DNA of 64,000 nucleotides, from NCBI GenBank assembly GCA_965248695.1, contig CBDFKD010000002.1:1-64000 (forward strand), in the 5' to 3' direction. Each line of letters starts with the position of its first letter. Within the stretch, counting starts at the first letter, position 1. Shown here piece by piece: positions 17,636-26,079 of this stretch. The notes beneath the pieces were generated by a model. It was not told the origin of the DNA. It searched no databases and saw only the letters and a list, made by a program, of their open reading frames with translations. The position numbers and the translations under genes are program-made. Source of the DNA: Acidobacteriota bacterium. GTDB lineage: Bacteria; Acidobacteriota; UBA890; WLXD01.

Positions 17636-19949
17636 CGCGCCCCTCCAGCACCAAGATCTCCGCGCAGCGACAGGAAGCATGTAGCGGCGGCCCGATCACC
17701 CCATTGCCGTAAGGCTGACCGATTCGGGCGCGTTGGCCGTCCATAGCCTCACACTCGACACATACGCGCTCGTCCGAGGTATCGGACCACTGTCGTTGCT
17801 GATCGGCACGCAGCAGACCGCTGTCCCGTGCCTGCTCCCAGAGCTGTTGCTGGCCCGCATTGGAGGCGGCGATCGTCTCGGTCCGCGCAATCGTTCGCGC
17901 CCGCAGGTTCAGCTGCATGCCCCGGTACTGCGCCAGACGGGTCTCGATCCATTCCTCGGTTGCGCCCGCCTCGGGAATGCGAGCACGGAAACCGGCTGTC
18001 TCTCGAACACCTTCTCGGGGGCCAAAGCGGGTCACGAGAGAGCCGGGATCGGCACCCAGCAGCTCCTCACGTAACGTGGCGACGGCTTGCGCCTGGCCGC
18101 TGGTCAACCCGACGACCTGTCGGATCTGTCGCGCCGCTTCGCCCGGCGGGACGCCTTGGGATAAGGCGGCAGAGATTTCCTCACGAAGCGCAACCAGCGT
18201 CGCCGTCGTAATCGAGATGCCGGCCGTCTCCTCTTGGATCAGGGCAGCAGCACGGCTCTCGGCCCACAGCACCGCCTTCGGGTTGTCCTCATCAAACACC
18301 ATCTGCGCCTGCGCGGCGCGAAGGTTCGTGGCGCGGTTCAGTACCCCAGCCGCAGCGTTGCCGCCCGCGATCAGCGTCCCAAGCAGTGCCTGTGCGATGG
18401 CCTCCTGCTGCTGGGTCATCGCCCCCACCGCTGCCCGCGCGATGCCCACGGCACCAGAGCGGTCCGCGCTCCCCAGCGCGCCTTCGAGCGCTTCCACGTC
18501 CAACGCCTCGCGCACCGACTCCAGAGCCGAGGCCACGACAGAAGCAACCGCATCGACGTTGTCGTCGGCGGCACGGTGGATCGCCTTCCAGGACGGCTCC
18601 TGGGGTGGCTCCTCGGTACGTTCAAACTCCTGTGCCGCTCGCGCACCCACTGACCCGGATGCAACCTCCTCAAAAGGTACAAGATCCAGGTACAGGTCGC
18701 GGATCTCGTCGCGCGAGATCACCTCCGCCCCATGGCGTCGGTTCACCTCCGCGGCTTTGGCGGCAAGCTCCATGCGCTCCCGCTCATCTAGATCGCGGAT
18801 CGAGGGCCACACCACCCGATACTCCGATGGCTCCGGCAACGCCCCGTATTCAATGAGCCGCCCCACGAACGGCCGCACCATGCGAGGCTCGGCGTACTGT
18901 TCGCGCCGGTCCCGGGCGCGACGCTCGAAGTTGGAGCGGTCCTGGGAGGAGGCCAACTCGCCCCGCTCCGATCCCGTCAGCATGCGCTTGGGGATCTTCG
19001 TGGCGCCGGCGATCAGTGTGAGGATCGCGTCGGCCGGGTCGCGCATCCCAGCTACCGACACCGGGAACTGCTCCACTTCCACGCCCTGCGTCAGGAAGTA
19101 GCGGCGCAGGCCGTGTTGAAACTCGTCGAACTGCTCCTCGATACCCCTGGCGTCCGCTTCGTCAAACTTCATCTCCGCCGGGACCTTGATGTGGTTGCCC
19201 GGCTGTGCGCGCTGCCAGAATGCCTCGGCACCCGCGCCGATGACCTTGTCCAGATCATCGAGCCGGTTCCACACCTTCTGCAGCCGCGGCAGCCCGTACA
19301 CGTCGTCAGCCAGCAGCCCGTCCGCAATGTGGATCATTCGGGACCAATGCACGACCGGCTTCTTGCCCTTGGCCAGCTGGATCCGGTACCGGATGGGCAT
19401 GCCGTAGCGCGGATCCGCGGGATTGCTCTCCAGATCCTTTATCTCGTCGAACTCCACGTCCTTTTCGCCAAACACCGACAGCACCGCCACCTGCTCGGGG
19501 TTGGTGATCTGAGGCATTTCCTGTGACAACTCGCCCGGTGCACCGATCAGGATCACGGCGTAACGTCCTAGCCCTGCGAGGATGTCGGCGCGCAGAAACA
19601 TCTCCCAGACCCGCAGCCTCTCGGCGAGCTGTTGCCATGCGCGCTCGAAGTCGGTCGTGACCGCCGGGTCTTCGTCCTCGATCAGCGTGGCTCCACCGCG
19701 CCACGTCGCCTCCGGGTACGCCGTCACGATCGTGGAGGCGAGGCCGCCCCGCTCGTACCGGTTCCAGTAGTCGGCTGCGACCAGCTTTTGCTTGTAGCCG
19801 AGGGCGCGGGCCAGATCGCGGGCATTCTGGAACGTCAGTCCGTGCCGAGAGGCAAACTCGTAGCGCTCCACGAGCGTGGAGGCGGCCGCGCGGAGTGCCG
19901 CCGCGTCGACGGTCGGATCAGTAGAGGTTGCTGCCCCGTTGGTGCCCAC
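17628..19949 (-). CDS. Portal protein (DUF1073-like) fused to a MuF/SPP1 gp7-like head morphogenesis domain
   Basis: VHWSRMIH, IPKRMLTGSERGELASSQD (portal); RARTIARTE, DERVCVEC..DG, PPLHASCRC (MuF) in one 773-aa frame. Confidence 0.85.
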   Translation of the reverse strand: MGTNGAATSTDPTVDAAALRAAASTLVERYEFASRHGLTFQNARDLARALGYKQKLVAADYWNRYERGGLASTIVTAYPEATWRGGATLIEDEDPAVTTDFERAWQQLAERLRVWEMFLRADILAGLGRYAVILIGAPGELSQEMPQITNPEQVAVLSVFGEKDVEFDEIKDLESNPADPRYGMPIRYRIQLAKGKKPVVHWSRMIHIADGLLADDVYGLPRLQKVWNRLDDLDKVIGAGAEAFWQRAQPGNHIKVPAEMKFDEADARGIEEQFDEFQHGLRRYFLTQGVEVEQFPVSVAGMRDPADAILTLIAGATKIPKRMLTGSERGELASSQDRSNFERRARDRREQYAEPRMVRPFVGRLIEYGALPEPSEYRVVWPSIRDLDERERMELAAKAAEVNRRHGAEVISRDEIRDLYLDLVPFEEVASGSVGARAAQEFERTEEPPQEPSWKAIHRAADDNVDAVASVVASALESVREALDVEALEGALGSADRSGAVGIARAAVGAMTQQQEAIAQALLGTLIAGGNAAAGVLNRATNLRAAQAQMVFDEDNPKAVLWAESRAAALIQEETAGISITTATLVALREEISAALSQGVPPGEAARQIRQVVGLTSGQAQAVATLREELLGADPGSLVTRFGPREGVRETAGFRARIPEAGATEEWIETRLAQYRGMQLNLRARTIARTETIAASNAGQQQLWEQARDSGLLRADQQRQWSDTSDERVCVECEAMDGQRARIGQPYGNGVIGPPLHASCRCAEILVLEGRDG

Positions 19950-20009
19950 GGATCGAAGCTATGCATGCGCACAGCCCCGATGCTAGGTAGGCAGCAGCAA
20001 GTACTTCCG

Positions 20010-20087
20010 AGCTGATAGTTGCTGATGGTAGTTAGGGGTTCCTGAGTACAGCTGATAGCTTCTGATGGTAGTTGAAGGTTCCCCGAG
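20010..20087. repeat. Two ~37-bp direct repeats (period 40) upstream of the portal gene
   Basis: agctgatagttgctgatggtagttaggggttcctgag / agctgatagcttctgatggtagttgaaggttccccgag. Confidence 0.85.
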
Positions 20088-20111
20088 GGGCAGCATTGGA
20101 GTGTCTACACC

Positions 20112-20145
20112 TTGACTAACTGTAGCCTAATGGCTACAGTTAGTC
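20112..20145 (+). promoter_or_regulatory. Sigma70-type promoter of the TA operon overlapped by a 14-bp perfect palindromic operator
   Basis: TTGACT-N17-TACAGT; GACTAACTGTAGCC-taat-GGCTACAGTTAGTC; ATG at 20148 implies a leaderless mRNA. Confidence 0.8.
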
Positions 20146-20147
20146 TC

Positions 20148-20486
20148 ATGATTAAGGTTGGCCACTACGTTTCAGAAGACGGCACGGACCACTTCGATAG
20201 GTGGTTTCGGCAGCAGTCACCAGAAGCTCGCGCCCGCATACAAACACGCATCGACCGAACGGAACTCGGCAACTTCGGGGATCACGGGCCCGTCGGGAAA
20301 GGTGTCTCGGAGTTTCGAATCAACTTTGGCGCTGGATACAGGCTGTACTACGGGCGTGATGGCGAAGAGCTTGTGATCCTGTTGGGTGGCGGGACGAAGA
20401 AGCGACAACCCCGTGATATCGCTAAGGCCCAGGCCCTATGGAAAGCGTACAGACAGGAGAGACAAAGTGCCCGTAAAAGAACATAA
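20148..20486 (+). CDS. RelE/HigB-type addiction module toxin
   Basis: GNFGDHGPVGKGVSEFRINFGAGYRLYY..LLGGGTKKRQPRDI. Confidence 0.92.
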   Translation: MIKVGHYVSEDGTDHFDRWFRQQSPEARARIQTRIDRTELGNFGDHGPVGKGVSEFRINFGAGYRLYYGRDGEELVILLGGGTKKRQPRDIAKAQALWKAYRQERQSARKRT

Positions 20487-20751
20487 GGCGAGTGACTACC
20501 TCAAAACACCCGAAGAGGCCGCTGCCTATCTGAACGCGGCCCTGGAAGAAATGGGCGACGATCCACGCCTGCTTATGAAAGCATTTCGTAACGTCGCCGA
20601 GGCGCACGGCGGTGTGTCCGCGCTTGCCCGCCAAGCCAAGCTGAATCGAGTAGCGCTGTCCCGGGCCTTGTCGGGCCGGAGAAATCCACGACTCGACACG
20701 CTCGCGAGAGTATCAGCCGCGTGCGGCGTCAAGCTTCGGTTCTCAGCATAG
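20467..20751 (+). CDS. Addiction module antitoxin (HTH, HigA-like)
   Basis: SDYLKTPEEAAAYLNAALE..GGVSALARQAKLNR..LSGRRNPRLDTL; GTG start overlaps the toxin. Confidence 0.92.
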   Translation: MPVKEHKASDYLKTPEEAAAYLNAALEEMGDDPRLLMKAFRNVAEAHGGVSALARQAKLNRVALSRALSGRRNPRLDTLARVSAACGVKLRFSA

Positions 20752-20958
20752 CCGTTGATCCTCCGGTGTCACCACCTCCGCCAGCTCCGACTCGATGATG
20801 CGGATGTACCTCCGCTTGCCGCTGTCATGGCGCGGGCCGACGCGGACGTGTCCGATGACGCCTTTGTCGATCCACCGATACAGGGTACCCACGGCGATGT
20901 GGTAGCGATCGGCAGCCTCCGAGACAGTCAGAAGAGTTTCGGTATGAACGGTCATCAC
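20743..20958 (-). CDS. Excisionase/MerR-like helix-turn-helix protein
   Basis: LLTVSEAADRYHIAVGTLYRWIDKG; coupled to the terL stop. Confidence 0.85.
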   Translation of the reverse strand: MMTVHTETLLTVSEAADRYHIAVGTLYRWIDKGVIGHVRVGPRHDSGKRRYIRIIESELAEVVTPEDQRLC

Positions 20959-22406
20959 CGCGCCCCCAGCGGCCTACCGAGTGCACGAGCTCGGGGCTTT
21001 GGTTTCTGGAGCGTTAGCCTGTTGAACGCACCGCTGGATGCATCCACCTGGTCCATGGGCTTGGCCTTGCCGTCGAAGCGGTGCATCTCTTGCAGGTACG
21101 GCTCGTTCCATGGCCCCTGCACGTAGGAGACGTTCCCCGCCTCCACCTGTGCGGCGAACGGTTGCGCTCGCGTCAGCTTGTCACCTGTGGCTCGCTCGCT
21201 GTGAACGTCGAACCCGGCCAGCTGACGCACCGTGTTCTCGGCACTCTCCTTGCCCCCAGAGCCGGGCTCCTGCTCCACCCACGTCGCCACCGGCGCCTGC
21301 AGGCTCGCGTCGGCCTCGGCCTTCTGCCGAATCACCCTCTCCCGCTCCAGGGCCGACCACTGGCCTCGCTCCACATCCCCCACCACGAAGGACCCGTCGG
21401 GCCGGTTGCCGATCAACACGCCCGCACTGTAGGCGGCCGATGGGTTGTCCACCGTGCCGGCCTTGTCCCAGTAACGCACCCACCCCTCCACGTCAATCGG
21501 CATCGCCGGGAGCTCGCGCAACCAGGCGCGGTTGAACACCAGGCCAGCCTTTGCCTTGATGTGCCAGTTGCCCTTGAGCAGCCGCTCCCTCTCCACCAAC
21601 GGCAGCGCCATAAGCTTGGCGCGGTAGTCGGGGTCGGCGCGCTCCAGCGCTGGGTTATCCTCCAACGTGGCCGGGATGAACGTCACTGACCGCGGCCGGA
21701 TCTCGGTGGCAGCGTGCTCAGGGAAGCGCTCGTGCAGCTGGTCGGGCGTATCGGCCCAGTGCAGCTCCTCCGCCAGCCGCACGAACCAGCGCACCTTTCC
21801 GGCGCGCTCCTGGATCGCATAGCCGGTCTCTGGGTCAATCCACCAGCGGATGAACCGGTTCAACCACCCGCCCACCGGATCATCCTCCGGCACCGGGTTA
21901 CACGTGGCCCGCACGTAAGGTCGAATGCCGGCGCGTGCGGAGCGGTTGCGCGACAGCAAAAACCAGAACTGCTCTTGGGTGAAGTCCTCCAGCTGGTCAA
22001 ACCCGATCATCGGAATTTGTGCCCCCTTCCACGCCAGCCGGTCCTTTTCATGCTGCATGTGGGCGAACTTCACCGTCATGCCGCTGCGGAAGCGGTACTC
22101 GACACTTGAGTCACGCGCCTCGCCACCGAGCAACGGGTACATCTGCCCCGCCTCGTCCCACAGCGCCCCCTGTCCCATGATCTGCGGGTACGTGCGCCGG
22201 AAGATCACGGTGCCAAAGTGCGGGTTGTCCAGCTGGTACAGCGGCTCCATCAGCAGCGCGAACGTCTTGCCCCCTCCGGCAGCCCCGCCCGCGATCGCAA
22301 TGTCGGCATCAGAGGCTAGGAACGCCTCTTGCGGCCCCGGCTGCGGACGAAGCTCGATCGTCTCGACCGCCACCTCGGCTTCTGGGCTCGACTGGCTTGT
22401 CGCCAC
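20955..22406 (-). CDS. terL: Terminase large subunit
   Basis: PQPGPQ, Walker A GGAAGGGKT, RATCNP, nuclease WDKA and DQVDASSGAF. Confidence 0.95.
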   Translation of the reverse strand: MATSQSSPEAEVAVETIELRPQPGPQEAFLASDADIAIAGGAAGGGKTFALLMEPLYQLDNPHFGTVIFRRTYPQIMGQGALWDEAGQMYPLLGGEARDSSVEYRFRSGMTVKFAHMQHEKDRLAWKGAQIPMIGFDQLEDFTQEQFWFLLSRNRSARAGIRPYVRATCNPVPEDDPVGGWLNRFIRWWIDPETGYAIQERAGKVRWFVRLAEELHWADTPDQLHERFPEHAATEIRPRSVTFIPATLEDNPALERADPDYRAKLMALPLVERERLLKGNWHIKAKAGLVFNRAWLRELPAMPIDVEGWVRYWDKAGTVDNPSAAYSAGVLIGNRPDGSFVVGDVERGQWSALERERVIRQKAEADASLQAPVATWVEQEPGSGGKESAENTVRQLAGFDVHSERATGDKLTRAQPFAAQVEAGNVSYVQGPWNEPYLQEMHRFDGKAKPMDQVDASSGAFNRLTLQKPKPRARALGRPLGAR

Positions 22407-22808
22407 TTATACCCCCCACCCCTCTTTCTGACTCCCCTACCGTGGCACGGCTTTCGTCCTCGCCTTGGGGCGCTTGCGGCACCTCCAAGGCGATGAGGTA
22501 CAGTAACCGCTTACAGCTATCCCGCCGCGTCGATTCTTCCAATGGGGTGGACTAGCGGTCGCAGCCTGCGGTCTACGGGCCATGCGGGACCGACCCACGA
22601 CGGAATAAACAGACCGAACATCGGGTGGTCGCACTGTCCGAGACCTCGGTTCGTTTCGGCGCGGTAGAAAGCTCGGATAGCATCGGGTGGGCTGGAGCGT
22701 TGCACCATTCATGGTGCACGAATCGGCGTTTGAGCCACACAGCTCAAGTCCAAAAGTTCGGTCGCAGCTCCCCACCAGCAAGTAAACGCAACCTGATGGG
22801 GATGCAAC
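22407..22808 (-). ncRNA. Candidate ~400-nt structured RNA between terS and terL
   Basis: No convincing ORF; at least five stems, including a 16-bp stem with minus-strand-specific G-U pairs at 22761-22808. Confidence 0.4.
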
Positions 22809-23303
22809 TCACGACTCCTGCGGCTGCTGCTTGCCCGGCAGGTACACCACGACCTTCTGGATCGGGCCGCCGCCCGCACCCGTCACCTGCACGCGCTCGC
22901 TGATCCCACGAACCGATAGCAGATGCTTGAGCACGAGATCTCCAGGGCGCTTGGGATCCAGGATGCGTCGCCGCGCCACCTCCATGAGCATCCCCAAGCC
23001 CCGGTTGTAGTGAATGTCCTCCTGCTCGGCGAACGCCGTGTCTCCCCGCTGCACGCGCTTGTAGGGCGTTGCCGCGCTGACGCCAGCGACACCGGCAGCA
23101 GACTCCTTGGTGTGTCCACGCTCTAACGCTTTGAAGTAGACCGATTCCCAATCCCTCGCGCGCGCGCGCACGTTGGCTCCTGGACATTCCTGGACAACAT
23201 CTTCGGCATGCGAGGGGATGGCACACCGATCCGATCCGGGTAACGCCTTGCGTTTGCAGCGTTTTCCGGTGCTCGTGGTAATCGCCGTGCAGCGGTTGTT
23301 CAT
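22809..23303 (-). CDS. terS: Terminase small subunit
   Basis: N-terminal C..GKRC..C..H, HTH (AAGVAGVSAATPY), C-terminal VTGAGGGPI..VYLP; upstream of terL. Confidence 0.8.
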   Translation of the reverse strand: MNNRCTAITTSTGKRCKRKALPGSDRCAIPSHAEDVVQECPGANVRARARDWESVYFKALERGHTKESAAGVAGVSAATPYKRVQRGDTAFAEQEDIHYNRGLGMLMEVARRRILDPKRPGDLVLKHLLSVRGISERVQVTGAGGGPIQKVVVYLPGKQQPQES

Positions 23304-23322
23304 GGGTGTGTGCCTGGGATGA

Positions 23323-24570
23323 TCACGGGGTGCACCGGTTGGCCTTGGAGCCGGTCAGGTTTTCCCAGCGCTCGACGGTTACGTCGCAGTAGCCGGGGTC
23401 GATCTCGATGGCGAAACAGCGGCGCTCCAGCTGCTCGGCGGCGATGAGCGTGGTACCCGAGCCCACGAACGGGTCATAGACCCCATCGCCGACCTTGCCG
23501 TGGTTGCGCATCGGACGGCCCATGCACTCAAGCGGCTTTTGCGTCGAGTGGTCCGTCTTGCCTTCGGAGGCTCGTAGCTGGTTGGAGATGCGCCAGAGCG
23601 TGCTTTGGCACCGGTCTCCGCTCCAGCGCGCGCTCCGGCCGCGGCGCACCGCGTACCAGGCCGGCTCATGAGCCCATTGATAGTGACCACGTGAGATCAC
23701 GCCCTGCGGCTTGGCCCATATGATCTGGGCACGAGGCCCCAACCGCGCCGCCGCTAACCCTTCGAGCACGACCGCACCGAACAAGGATGCGTGCCATACG
23801 TAGGCGACATCGCCGGTAAAGTGGGTGAACGCCTCTCGCCAGTCGGCGCAATCGTCGTTGCGTACAATCCCGGACCGCCGGCCCGCATGTTTTTCTCCCA
23901 AATCACGTTCGCGCCATTCCGGCTCGTACTCCACGCCGTAGGGCGGATCGGTGATCATGAGCAACGGCTTGCTGGAGTCCAGCACGGCGGAGACCGTATC
24001 GGCGTCTTCGGCATCGCCACAGATCAGGCGGTGATCCCCCAGTGTCCATACGTCCCCGGGCTTGGTCACCGGGTTGGCTGGTGGCTCTGGCACCTCGTCA
24101 TCTTGCAGTTCGATGGGCTCCGGTCCCATGTCGAGCGTTTCCAGCAGATCGTCGAATCGGAGCGCTTCGGTCAGCTCCGGCAACTCCTCTTGGGCCAGCG
24201 CCACCAGGTCGGGTAGATCGTCCGTGAAGATGCCTGCGAGCAGGGGCGAGTTGGCGGCGATGTTCGCGGCGCGCTCCGTCTCCTCGTCCCAGTTCACGAC
24301 GCGCAACCGGAACCGCTCGGAGCCCACGTGTAGGTACGCTTCCTTGCCGGCGTGACGGATGCGCGCTGACTCGCCGTGCTGTTCGCGTAGCACACGCACG
24401 CGCTGGTGGCCCGTAACGAGGTGCCCGGTGCGCTCGTTGAAGGTGATACCTGAGAGGTCGCCGAAGGTACCCAGCGATGCCTTCAGCGCCTCCAGCGAGG
24501 GGGCATCGATAGTGCGCGGGTTGTAGGGCGCCGGCTGCAGATCCTCGATCCGGCGGGGCGTTGGAGTCAT
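23323..24570 (-). CDS. ParB-like N-terminal domain plus N6/N4 DNA methyltransferase (beta class)
   Basis: PAPYNPR..GHQR; TDPPY, HSTQKP, DPFVGSGTT. Confidence 0.92.
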   Translation of the reverse strand: MTPTPRRIEDLQPAPYNPRTIDAPSLEALKASLGTFGDLSGITFNERTGHLVTGHQRVRVLREQHGESARIRHAGKEAYLHVGSERFRLRVVNWDEETERAANIAANSPLLAGIFTDDLPDLVALAQEELPELTEALRFDDLLETLDMGPEPIELQDDEVPEPPANPVTKPGDVWTLGDHRLICGDAEDADTVSAVLDSSKPLLMITDPPYGVEYEPEWRERDLGEKHAGRRSGIVRNDDCADWREAFTHFTGDVAYVWHASLFGAVVLEGLAAARLGPRAQIIWAKPQGVISRGHYQWAHEPAWYAVRRGRSARWSGDRCQSTLWRISNQLRASEGKTDHSTQKPLECMGRPMRNHGKVGDGVYDPFVGSGTTLIAAEQLERRCFAIEIDPGYCDVTVERWENLTGSKANRCTP

Positions 24571-24890
24571 GCCGCTGCCTCCAGGAGCCCTCGATGACGC
24601 AGTTGTTCGGTGAGCGCCACCGGGTCAGCACCGATGTACTGACACCACCAGCCCAGCGAGCAGGGGCGCAACTCCTCCGGGTGCGACAACCACGCAACCA
24701 GGTCTGATTCGGGGCCGATCTCCCGTAGCCTCTTGCACGTGCAAGCGGGCCGCTCGGTTCGATCACGCCACGTTGCCACCATGCCCAGGTCGACAATCGC
24801 CCGACGGATCACCGCAGCGGCAAGTGCGCGCTCAGGGGCGGCGTCCATGTCTTCAACGTCGGGGATCGCGGGGGACTCGAAGCTGATCAT
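24567..24890 (-). CDS. Phage hypothetical protein
   Basis: PERALAAAVIRRAIVDL; ATGA coupling to the methyltransferase. Confidence 0.7.
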   Translation of the reverse strand: MISFESPAIPDVEDMDAAPERALAAAVIRRAIVDLGMVATWRDRTERPACTCKRLREIGPESDLVAWLSHPEELRPCSLGWWCQYIGADPVALTEQLRHRGLLEAAA

Positions 24891-24988
24891 GCCGCTAGCT
24901 CCAGGAGCATCGGGTCCTCGCGGTTCAGCAGCGGCGCGTCATCTCCGATCCTGCGGCGAGCCATCTGTACGAGTGCTAGGGTGCGCAT
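24887..24988 (-). CDS. Small 33-aa phage ORF (MRTLALVQMARRRIG...)
   Basis: GAGG RBS and ATGA overlap with the next gene. Confidence 0.4.
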   Translation of the reverse strand: MRTLALVQMARRRIGDDAPLLNREDPMLLELAA

Positions 24989-25227
24989 AGCGCCCTCACG
25001 CGAGCACCCCCGAAATCAGCGTGATACCGCTTTGGTACCGATTCCTATTCCCCAGGAGTGGTTTTGCTGGGCCTGACCCCCTGAAAACAGGCCGTATTTG
25101 TTGGTGCAGATGTAGCAACGGTTTGTTACGATCAGGTTCGCGCGCGAATGTCGCTGCCCCCTCGCCGCCCATCTGGCGGCGTCGCCCCTCGCGGAACAGA
25201 AAGAAACGAGGTAATGCGAGAAACGCG

Positions 25228-26079
25228 ATGATCGAAGTTCAACAGCTAACCAAGTACTACGGTAGCCATGCCGCCATCCGCGACGTGAGCTTCACGGCCA
25301 ACCGCGGGGAGATCTTGGGGTTCCTGGGCCCGAACGGCGCCGGCAAGACCACCACCATGCGAATCCTGACGGGGTACATGCCCGCCAGCAGCGGCACCGC
25401 CAACGTGGCCGGGTTCGACGTCTTCAGTGAGTCGCGGGAGGTGCGCAAGCGGGTCGGGTATCTGCCCGAGAACCCACCCCTGTACCCCGAGTTCACCCCC
25501 TATGCGTTCCTCGATTTCGTCGCCAGCATCAACGGCGTCGGCCGGGCGCAGCGGCGGACGGCGATCGAAAGCGCCTGCGAGGCTACGGCGATCGCCGACG
25601 TGGCGTATCTGCCCATCAGCACGCTGTCGCGCGGCTACCGCCAGCGCGTCGCCATCGCCCAGGCCATCGTTCACGAGCCCGAGGTGATCGTGCTCGACGA
25701 GCCCACCATCGGGCTCGATCCGAAGCAGGTGATCGGCATTCGCAAGCTCATCAAGTCGCTTGCCCGCGAGCGCACGGTCATCCTGTCGACACACATCCTC
25801 CCGGAGGTGATGCAGCTGTGTGACCGGGTGGTGATCATCTCGCGCGGACAGATCGTCGCCGACGACACCACCGATTCACTTACCGCCAGCGAGGATCTGG
25901 AACAGGTGTTCCTCAGAGTCACCGCCAGCGACGTGGCCGAGGATGATGCCGCCGCCGCTGAGCACATGTCGGGGGCCGCGGATGACCCGGTCGCCGGCGC
26001 CGACGCGAACGAGCCCGAGGACAGCGAAGCCGACGACGACACACCGTCGCCGACCGCCGACAACGGAGGTGGGAAATGA
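25228..26079 (+). CDS. ABC transporter ATP-binding protein (GldA-like)
   Basis: GPNGAGKTT, LSRGYRQR, LDEPT; start MIEVQQLTK. Confidence 0.93.
   Translation: MIEVQQLTKYYGSHAAIRDVSFTANRGEILGFLGPNGAGKTTTMRILTGYMPASSGTANVAGFDVFSESREVRKRVGYLPENPPLYPEFTPYAFLDFVASINGVGRAQRRTAIESACEATAIADVAYLPISTLSRGYRQRVAIAQAIVHEPEVIVLDEPTIGLDPKQVIGIRKLIKSLARERTVILSTHILPEVMQLCDRVVIISRGQIVADDTTDSLTASEDLEQVFLRVTASDVAEDDAAAAEHMSGAADDPVAGADANEPEDSEADDDTPSPTADNGGGK

Larger units (their letters stand above)
1..24990 (-). mobile_element. Prophage late (packaging, head, tail) region, siphovirus-like; continues beyond the left window edge
   Basis: Co-oriented, translationally coupled terS-terL-portal-protease-capsid-connectors-major tail-chaperone-tape measure-tail genes; no sheath gene seen. 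Confidence 0.95.

Noticed and set aside
17628-19949. Anti-CBASS Acb1 label sometimes given to DUF1073 proteins
   Set aside because: Position and motifs fit a portal; no HxT phosphoesterase motif pair recognised
20010-20087. Mini CRISPR array
   Set aside because: Only two imperfect units, no spacer-length unique sequence and no cas genes
22407-22808. Group I/II intron or hammerhead ribozyme call (TAGTCC, AGCCGTG..CACGGT and GACGAAA fragments)
   Set aside because: No complete P7 pairing, domain V or CUGANGA core found, and the flanking genes are not interrupted; kept only as an unclassified RNA candidate
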